Below, in pieces: positions 55,377 through 64,000 of a DNA stretch of 64,000 nucleotides. This stretch comes from Escherichia phage vB_VIPECOMC06. The notes under the pieces were generated by a model. It was given only the letters and a program-made list of their open reading frames with translations. It did no database searches and was not told where the DNA came from. The first letter of the stretch is position 1. The number at the start of each line of letters is the position of its first letter. Where the stretch lies: the sequence record PQ416618.1; one strand, given 5' to 3'. A program made the position numbers and the translations under genes.

Positions 55377-56056
55377 AATACGTTGTGTATAAAACTACCA
55401 ATAAAATAAATGGTAAAATTTATATAGGCGTACACAAAAAACATAAAGAGAAAGATTGGTATATTGGGTCTGGCCGCGCTATATTAGCGGCCAAAGCTAA
55501 ATACGGACTAAAAAATTTTTATACTGAAGTTCTTTATGAATATGATAATGACAAGGACGCCTATAAAAAAGAAGCAGAATTGGTTAATGAAGATTTTGTT
55601 TTGCGAACTGATACTTATAACCTGGTTCCAGGTGGTAAAGGTGGCCCTGGTAAAAAACAAAGTGATGAAGCTAAAAGGGCTATTTCACTTTCTAAAATAG
55701 GGAAACCTAGATCTGAAGAGACTAAGGCTAAAGTATCTAAAACCAGATTAGAAAGAAAAATACCATCACCTAATAAGGGTAAGAAACTATCTGAAGCTCA
55801 TAAATTAGCTTTGAGTAAAGTCCGAAAAGGGCGAAAAACGAATAAGCCGATGCCTGATTCAACCAAAGAAGCTCTTAGAATAGCAAATTCAAAGCCGCAT
55901 TCTAAAGAAAGAACTATTAAAAAACAAAAACCTATAATTATTGATGGTATAAAATACTCATCATGTACAGAAGTTTCGGATGTTTTTAATATTTCTGCAT
56001 CTCTAGTTACGTATAGACTTAAATCTTCAAAATGGCCTGGATGGAACTATGATTAA
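55373..56056 (+). CDS. GIY-YIG homing endonuclease (Seg-like) with NUMOD3-type DNA-binding repeats
   Basis: 227 aa; GIY-YIG core YVVYKTTNKINGKIYIGVH; four K-x-x-x-S-x-x-K-like repeats; overlaps the gp33 stop (ATGA) and the gp59 start. Confidence 0.7.
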   Translation: MKYVVYKTTNKINGKIYIGVHKKHKEKDWYIGSGRAILAAKAKYGLKNFYTEVLYEYDNDKDAYKKEAELVNEDFVLRTDTYNLVPGGKGGPGKKQSDEAKRAISLSKIGKPRSEETKAKVSKTRLERKIPSPNKGKKLSEAHKLALSKVRKGRKTNKPMPDSTKEALRIANSKPHSKERTIKKQKPIIIDGIKYSSCTEVSDVFNISASLVTYRLKSSKWPGWNYD

Positions 56057-56702
56057 AATACGCATGCCTCCTGACGGAGAACGTTATATTAATGGTAAAT
56101 CAGTATATAAACTATACTTGATGTGCAAAAACCACTTTGGTGGTCGGTATGACGTAATCAAATATAACTGGTGCATGCGTGTTTCGGATAATGCGTATCA
56201 AAAACGCCGAGATAAATATTTCTTTGAAAAACTAGCAGAGAAATATAAATTGAAGGAACTCACCTTGATATTTATAAGCAACTTAGTTGCTAACCAAGAC
56301 GCATGGATTGGTGAGATATCAGACGCTGATGCATTAGTTTTCTATAGGGAATATATTGGACGTCTCAAACAAGCCAAGGAGACGTTTGCTGAAGATGTAC
56401 GTAACATCTACTATTTCAGTAAGAAAGTGGAAGTTAGTGCGCTTCAAGAGATATTTGATTATAATAACAACGTTCAGTCGAGCTACATATTCAAATTGCT
56501 ACAAAGCAATATAATTTCATTTGAGACTTTCTTATTGTTGGACTCATTTTTGAATATTATAGATAAGCACGACGAACTTACTGACAATTTGGTCTGGCAA
56601 AATTATTCTACCAAATTAAAGGCATATCGAAAAATACTTCAAATCGATGGAAATGCTGCTAAGAAATTGTTCATAGAAACAATCAAATCATGTAGGTATT
56701 AA
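56049..56702 (+). CDS. 59: Helicase loader gp59
   Basis: 217 aa; MIKIRMPPDGERYINGKSVYKLY... matches T4 gp59. Confidence 0.9.
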   Translation: MIKIRMPPDGERYINGKSVYKLYLMCKNHFGGRYDVIKYNWCMRVSDNAYQKRRDKYFFEKLAEKYKLKELTLIFISNLVANQDAWIGEISDADALVFYREYIGRLKQAKETFAEDVRNIYYFSKKVEVSALQEIFDYNNNVQSSYIFKLLQSNIISFETFLLLDSFLNIIDKHDELTDNLVWQNYSTKLKAYRKILQIDGNAAKKLFIETIKSCRY

Positions 56703-56731
56703 GCTTTATTTCTTGTGTGTTAAAATTACTT

Positions 56732-56739
56732 TATAAATA
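56732..56739 (+). promoter_or_regulatory. T4 late promoter TATAAATA upstream of gene 32
   Basis: Exact TATAAATA about 80 nt upstream of the gene 32 ATG. Confidence 0.6.
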
Positions 56740-56749
56740 AATCATACCA

Positions 56750-56819
56750 GCTACGAGGTATAAGTGTCGTAGCAACCAACTGTAAATAAATTAAATAATC
56801 TAAATAAAGGTAATAATCC
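56750..56819 (+). promoter_or_regulatory. Gene 32 autoregulatory leader: hairpin/pseudoknot followed by an unstructured (U)UAAA-repeat tract
   Basis: Stem gctacga / tcgtagc (56750-56773), then tgtaaataaattaaataatctaaataaaggtaataatcc up to the ATG. Confidence 0.6.
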
Positions 56820-57719
56820 ATGTTTAAACGTAAATCTACTGCTGACCTCGCTGCTCAAATGGCTAAACTGAATGGTAACAAAGGTTTCTCTTCAGAAGAT
56901 AAAGGCGAATGGAAGCTGAAACTCGATGCATCTGGTAATGGTCAAGCGGTAATTCGTTTCTTGCCAGCAAAAACTGATGATGCACTACCATTTGCAATTC
57001 TTGTTAACCACGGTTTCAAGAAAAACGGTAAATGGTATATTGAAAATTGCTCTTCTACACATGGTGATTATGACTCTTGTCCTGTATGTCAGTACATTAG
57101 TAAAAATGACCTGTACAATACTAACAAAACTGAATATTCTCAACTGAAACGTAAAACTTCTTATTGGGCTAATATTCTGGTTGTTAAAGACCCTCAAGCT
57201 CCAGATAACGAAGGTAAAGTATTTAAATATCGTTTCGGTAAAAAGATTTGGGACAAAATTAATGCAATGATTGCAGTTGATACTGAAATGGGTGAAACTC
57301 CAGTTGATGTTACTTGCCCGTTTGAAGGTGCTAACTTCGTTCTTAAAGCTAAGCAGGTTTCTGGTTTTAGCAACTATGACGAATCTAAATTCTTGGGTCA
57401 ATCTGAAATTCCTCGTATTAATGACGAAGCATTCCAGAAAGAACTATATGACCAGATGGTAGACCTTACTACTTTGACGGCTAAAGACCAGTTCAAATCC
57501 TTTGAAAAATTAAATGAATCTTTCGCTAAGGTTCTTGGTACTGCCGCTCTTGGTGGTGCAGCAGCCGCAGCAGCTTCTGTTGCTGATAAAGTTGCTTCTG
57601 ACCTTGACGATTTTGATAAAGACATGGAAGCCTTTAGTTCTGCAAAAACTGAAGATGACTTCATGAGTTCCTCGTCTTCTGACGATGGCGACCTCGATGA
57701 CCTGTTAGCTGGTCTATAA
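56820..57719 (+). CDS. 32: Single-stranded DNA-binding protein gp32
   Basis: 299 aa; [19 protein letters not shown]...; zinc site ([10 protein letters not shown]); acidic C-terminus. Confidence 0.95.
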   Translation: MFKRKSTADLAAQMAKLNGNKGFSSEDKGEWKLKLDASGNGQAVIRFLPAKTDDALPFAILVNHGFKKNGKWYIENCSSTHGDYDSCPVCQYISKNDLYNTNKTEYSQLKRKTSYWANILVVKDPQAPDNEGKVFKYRFGKKIWDKINAMIAVDTEMGETPVDVTCPFEGANFVLKAKQVSGFSNYDESKFLGQSEIPRINDEAFQKELYDQMVDLTTLTAKDQFKSFEKLNESFAKVLGTAALGGAAAAAASVADKVASDLDDFDKDMEAFSSAKTEDDFMSSSSSDDGDLDDLLAGL

Positions 57720-57725
57720 TAAATT

Positions 57726-57747
57726 GGGAGACTTCGGTCTCCCTTTT
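57726..57747 (+). terminator. Rho-independent terminator after gene 32 (gggagacTTCGgtctccc plus TTTT)
   Basis: 7-bp stem with UUCG loop, 6 nt after the stop, followed by ttttg. Confidence 0.75.
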
Positions 57748-57774
57748 GAGTATCTGTAAATTGCCGAAAAAGTT

Positions 57775-57803
57775 GTTTACTTTTCCTTTAAACATGATAC
57801 TAT
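57775..57803 (+). promoter_or_regulatory. T4-type early promoter (-35 GTTTAC, extended -10 TGaTACTAT)
   Basis: GTTTAC 57775-57780, 17-nt spacer, TACTAT 57798-57803. Confidence 0.55.
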
Positions 57804-57832
57804 AGACTTATCAACAACATGAGGAAATCAAA

Positions 57833-58219
57833 ATGGAAATCGGAAAATCTTATATCATTAACCCTTTATTTAAAGACGACTTTGCTAACGAGTGCCGTTG
57901 CAATGCAATGATGCTAAATTTAATAGAGAAGCACGGACCTAGTTTTGTTGTAGATGAAATGGAAAGTGATGATTGTGCTGGTGACTGTGTGGTACGTGTA
58001 ACTATGGAAGACGGCACTGAATACATGGCCGGTGGCCCACTTGAGACGTATTTTGAGATTTACTCTGAAGAATTCAAATACTTTACTGAGGTAACTTTAG
58101 AAAAGCCTCAACCTACTAACGAAGGTATAACTTTAGGTGTAACAAAAATCCATTGTATCGTAGATGAAACCAACGTCGACGAAATCATCAAACTTTTGCA
58201 AAAAACTTTTAAAAAGTAG
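57833..58219 (+). CDS. Hypothetical protein (128 aa)
   Basis: RBS gaggaaat; early promoter upstream. Confidence 0.45.
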   Translation: MEIGKSYIINPLFKDDFANECRCNAMMLNLIEKHGPSFVVDEMESDDCAGDCVVRVTMEDGTEYMAGGPLETYFEIYSEEFKYFTEVTLEKPQPTNEGITLGVTKIHCIVDETNVDEIIKLLQKTFKK

Positions 58220-58248
58220 TTTACAACAAGATAGGGCTATGTTATAGT
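58219..58248 (+). promoter_or_regulatory. T4-type early promoter with covarying palindrome agggcta / tagccct around the -10
   Basis: GTTTAC 58219-58224, 18-nt spacer, TGtTATAGT 58240-58248; inverted repeat 58232-58238 / 58248-58254. Confidence 0.55.
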
Positions 58249-58280
58249 AGCCCTATCAAATAAAAGTGAAGGAGAATAAA

Positions 58281-59976
<1,696 letters not shown>

Positions 59977-59977
59977 A

Positions 59978-60232
59978 ATGATTTTACGTTTTATTAATTC
60001 ATATGGCACCACAATTTTTGAAATGAAAAATCCTACCGAACTGGATATCCCTTCACCGAATAGTGAAATCACAGTTAAAGGTGAACGATTCATTTGTTAT
60101 TCACATGAACGAATTTATGAATATCGTGAATTTTGTGGTGGCTACGGCATGGAAAAAGAACCGTTGGTTTATTTCGATATCACGGTCTTGACACCTAAAG
60201 AATACGAAGAAATTATTGCTGAGGATAATTAA
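59978..60232 (+). CDS. Hypothetical protein (84 aa)
   Basis: ATG 2 nt after the td stop. Confidence 0.4.
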   Translation: MILRFINSYGTTIFEMKNPTELDIPSPNSEITVKGERFICYSHERIYEYREFCGGYGMEKEPLVYFDITVLTPKEYEEIIAEDN

Positions 60233-60319
60233 CGCTTCAGTTTAAAAGTGTATAATAAATTAACGGGATAAATACTATCCCGTTTGGAGTAATGTCTATC
60301 AACCTATACTGAGGAATAT

Positions 60320-62575
60320 ATGCAAGTAATTAAGAGCAGTGGGGTATCCCAAAATTTTGATGCACAGAAAATTATTCAAGTCTTAACTTGGCAGTGTGAA
60401 GGAACACAAATCGACCCGTATGAATTGTATGAAGAAATTAAGACCCATCTGGTTGATGGGATGAGCACCAAAGATATCCAGAAGATTTGTATTAAAGTTG
60501 CAGCTAACTCGATTTCTGTCGAAGAACCTGATTATCAGTATGTCGCCGCCAAAGGGCTAATGTTTGCACTCCGTAAAGATGTATACGGACAGTTTGAACC
60601 GCCTGCTTTTATCGACCATATTTCTCACTGTGTTAATGAAGGCAAATACGACCCTGAGTTGTTGTCTCAATATTCAGCAGAAGAAATCATTTATCTCGAT
60701 TCACAGATTAAACATGAACGAGACTTTGACCTGACTTATGCTGGTGCTATGCAGCTTAAAGAAAAATATCTAGTTAAAGATAAAACAACTGGGAAGATTT
60801 ATGAAACTCCACAGTTTGCTATCATGGCTATTGGCATGGCCTTACACCAAGACGAAACTCATGACCGTTTGAAACATATTATTCGTTTTTATGATGCCGT
60901 TTCTACTCATCAAGTTTCATTGCCAACCCCAATTATGGCAGGTGCTCGTACTCCGACTCGCCAGTTCTCTAGTTGTGTAGTTATTGAAGCCGGTGATTCG
61001 TTAAAATCTATTAACAAAACTTCAGCATCAATTATTGAATATATTTCTAAACGAGCTGGTATCGGTATCAACGTTGGTATGCTTCGTGCAGAAGGTTCTA
61101 AGATCGGTACGGGTGAAGTTCGACATACAGGTGTTATTCCATTCTGGAAACATTTCCAAACTGCAGTAAAATCTTGTTCTCAAGGTGGTATTCGTGGTGG
61201 TGCTGCTACAGCGTATTATCCGATGTGGCACTTAGAAGTAGAGAACCTATTAGTTCTGAAAAATAACAAAGGGGTGGATGAAAACCGTATTCGACATATG
61301 GACTACGGAATTCAGATTAATGACCTTATGATGGAACGCCTTGGTAAAAATGATTATATTACTTTATTTAGCCCTCACGAAATGTCAGGCGAACTATACT
61401 ACTCGTTCTTTGAAGATCAAGATAAATTCCGTGAGCTTTATGAGAAAGCTGAAAAAGACCCGACAATCAGAAAGAAAAGAATCAAAGCACTAGAACTCTT
61501 TGAATTGTTCATGACTGAACGTTCTGGCACTGCTCGAATTTATCCACAATTCGTTGATAACACGAATAACTACACTCCGTTTATTCGCGAAAAAGCTCCA
61601 ATTCGTCAGAGTAACTTATGTTGTGAAATCGCTATTCCGACTAATGACGTGAATGGTCCTGATGCTGAAATTGGTTTATGCACATTATCTGCTTTTGTAT
61701 TAGATAAATTTGATTGGCAAGACCAAGATAAAATTAATGAACTTGCTGAAGTACAAGTACGTGCACTCGATAACCTGTTAGACTATCAAGATTATCCGGT
61801 TCCAGAAGCTTTAAAAGCTAAAAAGCGTCGTAACTTGGGTATTGGTGTGACGAACTATGCTGCATGGTTAGCTTCTAACTTTGCTTCATATGAAGACGCT
61901 AACGATTTGACTCATGAATTGTTTGAGAGATTGCAATATGGCCTTATCAAAGCTTCAATCAAACTCGCCAAAGAAAAAGGATGTTGCGAGTATTATTCAG
62001 ACACTAAATGGTCTAGAGGCGAATTACCTATCGACTGGTACAATAAAAAGATTGACCAAATCGCAGCCCCGAACTACGTCTGTGACTGGGAAGAACTTCG
62101 AGCTGAACTCAAAGAACATGGAATTCGTAACTCAACGTTGTCTGCACTCATGCCTTGTGAGTCAAGCAGTCAAGTATCGAACTCTACAAACGGGATTGAG
62201 CCCCCACGCGGTCCAGTAAGTATTAAAGAATCTAAAGAAGGCAACTTCCGACAGGTTGTTCCTAATATAGAACATAACATGAGTCTTTACGACTACGCGT
62301 GGAAACTTGCTAAGAAAGGTAATAAACCTTATTTGACCCAAGTTGCTATCATGTTGAAATGGGTGTGCCAATCTGCTTCTGCTAATACTTACTATGACCC
62401 TGCAGTATTTGAGAAAGGTAAAGTGCCAATGTCAGTAATGCTTGACGATCTACTTTACTTCTGGTACTTTGGTGGAAAAAACCTCTACTATCATAACACT
62501 CGTGATGGGTCAGGTACAGATGACTATGAATTAGAAACACCTAAAGCTGAAGATTGTTCTGCTTGTAAGCTTTAA
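60320..62575 (+). CDS. nrdA: Ribonucleotide reductase large subunit NrdA (class Ia)
   Basis: 751 aa; N-terminal ATP-cone-like region, active-site region NLCCEIAIP, C-terminal redox cysteines ...CSACKL. Confidence 0.95.
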   Translation: MQVIKSSGVSQNFDAQKIIQVLTWQCEGTQIDPYELYEEIKTHLVDGMSTKDIQKICIKVAANSISVEEPDYQYVAAKGLMFALRKDVYGQFEPPAFIDHISHCVNEGKYDPELLSQYSAEEIIYLDSQIKHERDFDLTYAGAMQLKEKYLVKDKTTGKIYETPQFAIMAIGMALHQDETHDRLKHIIRFYDAVSTHQVSLPTPIMAGARTPTRQFSSCVVIEAGDSLKSINKTSASIIEYISKRAGIGINVGMLRAEGSKIGTGEVRHTGVIPFWKHFQTAVKSCSQGGIRGGAATAYYPMWHLEVENLLVLKNNKGVDENRIRHMDYGIQINDLMMERLGKNDYITLFSPHEMSGELYYSFFEDQDKFRELYEKAEKDPTIRKKRIKALELFELFMTERSGTARIYPQFVDNTNNYTPFIREKAPIRQSNLCCEIAIPTNDVNGPDAEIGLCTLSAFVLDKFDWQDQDKINELAEVQVRALDNLLDYQDYPVPEALKAKKRRNLGIGVTNYAAWLASNFASYEDANDLTHELFERLQYGLIKASIKLAKEKGCCEYYSDTKWSRGELPIDWYNKKIDQIAAPNYVCDWEELRAELKEHGIRNSTLSALMPCESSSQVSNSTNGIEPPRGPVSIKESKEGNFRQVVPNIEHNMSLYDYAWKLAKKGNKPYLTQVAIMLKWVCQSASANTYYDPAVFEKGKVPMSVMLDDLLYFWYFGGKNLYYHNTRDGSGTDDYELETPKAEDCSACKL

Positions 62576-62627
62576 GTCTTTTGATTATAATTTACTCATG
62601 GATGAGTTAAACTAAGTGAGAAATATA

Positions 62628-63806
62628 ATGAGTACAGTTTTTAACACACAACAAGTCGATGTTTTGAATGAGCCGATGTTCTTTGGTTCTGGTCTTGGTA
62701 TTGCGCGTTATGATATTCAACGCCATAAAGTTTTTGAAGATTTGACCGAAAAACAATTGTCATTTTTCTGGCGCCCCGAAGAGGTAAACTTGATGTTGGA
62801 CTCTGCGCAGTTCAATAAGCTTCCTCAGTTCCAACAGGACATCTTTACAAACAACCTTAAGTATCAATCATTATTAGATTCTATCCAAGGCAGAGCCCCA
62901 TCTGCGGTACTTATGGCACTGATTTCTGACCCTTCATTAGATACATGGGTTGCAACATGGACATTCAGTGAAACTATTCACTCTCGTTCGTATACTCATA
63001 TTATGCGAAATCTTTATACAGACCCATCTAAGGTATTTGATGAAATTGTATTAGACGAAGCAATCATGAAACGAGCTGAATCAATAGGTAAATATTACGA
63101 TGATGTTCTAGTTAAAACACGTGAATGGGAAAATGCTAAAGAAATTTTTAAATGTTTTTCCGAAAATGAATATGATTTGGATGCATATTCAAATAGTCTT
63201 ATGCATGTGGAAGAATGTAAACGTGCATTAATGAAGTCTCTTTATCTCTGCTTACACGTTATTAACGCCTTAGAAGCTATTCGTTTTTATGTATCTTTTG
63301 CATGTACTTTCAACTTCCATAAGAACATGGAAATCATGGAAGGTAATGCAAAGATTATGAAGTTCATCGCTCGTGACGAACAACTCCACCTTAAAGGCAC
63401 TCAGTACATTATCCGTCAACTTCAATCTGGTACTGATGGTGATGAGTGGGTTCAAATTGCTAAAGAATGTGAACAAGACGCAGTTGACATTTTTATGGAA
63501 GTAAATAGACAAGAGAAGGAATGGGCTGCACACCTCTTTAAAGACGGTACATGCCCGGGTATCAATACGCAGAGTATGTGTGCTTTTGTTGATTACTTGA
63601 CTGTGTCTCGTATGAAACAGTGCGGTTTGCCATGCCCAATAACTGATGCTCCGACCAAGCATCCGTATCCTTGGATTCGTGAATATCTGAACTCTGATTT
63701 AGTTCAATCAGCTCCTCAGGAAGTTGAAATCAGTTCTTATCTTGTCGCACAAATTGATAATGATGTAGACCAAAATGTAATCAATTCATACAAAAAATAT
63801 TTCTAA
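62628..63806 (+). CDS. nrdB: Ribonucleotide reductase small subunit NrdB, uninterrupted
   Basis: 392 aa from ATG 62628 (MSTVFNTQQ...; track start 62616 is an upstream GTG); di-iron/tyrosyl radical protein; continuous ORF. Confidence 0.9.
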   Translation: MSTVFNTQQVDVLNEPMFFGSGLGIARYDIQRHKVFEDLTEKQLSFFWRPEEVNLMLDSAQFNKLPQFQQDIFTNNLKYQSLLDSIQGRAPSAVLMALISDPSLDTWVATWTFSETIHSRSYTHIMRNLYTDPSKVFDEIVLDEAIMKRAESIGKYYDDVLVKTREWENAKEIFKCFSENEYDLDAYSNSLMHVEECKRALMKSLYLCLHVINALEAIRFYVSFACTFNFHKNMEIMEGNAKIMKFIARDEQLHLKGTQYIIRQLQSGTDGDEWVQIAKECEQDAVDIFMEVNRQEKEWAAHLFKDGTCPGINTQSMCAFVDYLTVSRMKQCGLPCPITDAPTKHPYPWIREYLNSDLVQSAPQEVEISSYLVAQIDNDVDQNVINSYKKYF

Positions 63807-63810
63807 GGAC

Positions 63811-63824
63811 GGGACTTCGGTCCC
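63811..63824 (+). terminator. CUUCGG-tetraloop hairpin after nrdB (gggacTTCGgtccc)
   Basis: 5-bp GC stem with UUCG loop 4 nt after the nrdB stop; weak U tail. Confidence 0.5.
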
Positions 63825-63832
63825 ACTTTATT

Positions 63833-64000
63833 ATGAAAGATATTGCCGCCGAATATTCCTTTATTAAATATACAGAATTGGAGCTATTAGAAGATGCAAC
63901 AATTAAAACAGTTGATGTCCCTAATAAGAAAAATGTCATATACGCTATTGCTATAGATGACGAACTTGTGTATATTGGTAAAACCAAGAATTTAAAGAAA
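63833..64000 (+). CDS. denA: Endonuclease II (DenA, GIY-YIG family), N-terminal part; 3' end beyond the window
   Basis: ATG 63833; MKDIAAEYSFIKYTELE...VIYAIAIDDELVYIGKTKNLKK (GIY-YIG-like); follows nrdB as in T4. Confidence 0.6.
   Translation, partial: MKDIAAEYSFIKYTELELLEDATIKTVDVPNKKNVIYAIAIDDELVYIGKTKNLKK

Overview
This window is a ~64 kb segment of a T4-like (T-even, Tevenvirinae) phage genome. Gene content and the 903-aa DNA polymerase most resemble RB69-type phages, but that identification is from memory and no database search was run. The + strand carries the early/middle replication-recombination module in T4 order: 46 (5'-truncated), 45.2, rpbA, 45, 44, 62, regA, 43, then an accessory sugar-nucleotide locus, 42, uvsX, 40, 41, a run of small early genes including spackle, 61, 56, soc, a Mod-like ADP-ribosyltransferase, dda, dexA, an unsplit 39, a GT-B glycosyltransferase, rIIA.1, rIIA, rIIB, ndd-like, 52, motA and asiA. 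The - strand carries holin t and the long tail-fibre genes 38-37-36-35-34. The + strand then resumes with rnh, dsbA, 33, a GIY-YIG homing endonuclease, 59, 32, frd, td, nrdA, nrdB and the start of denA. Regulatory structure is dense: a family of T4-type early promoters (-35 GTTTAC, extended -10), four TATAAATA late promoters, many CUUCGG-tetraloop hairpins/terminators, the gene 32 autoregulatory leader and a split ribosome-binding site at gene 38. The most interesting region is 7.2-13.8 kb, where T4 carries imm/42/beta-gt: here a KdsD-like arabinose-5-phosphate isomerase, a fused nucleotidyltransferase/anomeric-kinase, a small HAD phosphatase, a Cys-rich unknown protein and two further unknowns flank the hydroxymethylase. 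Together with the unrelated GT-B glycosyltransferase between 39 and rIIA, this looks like a self-contained pathway for making an NDP-pentose (most plausibly NDP-arabinose) and attaching it to hydroxymethylcytosine DNA. No rRNA, tRNA or CRISPR array was recognised.
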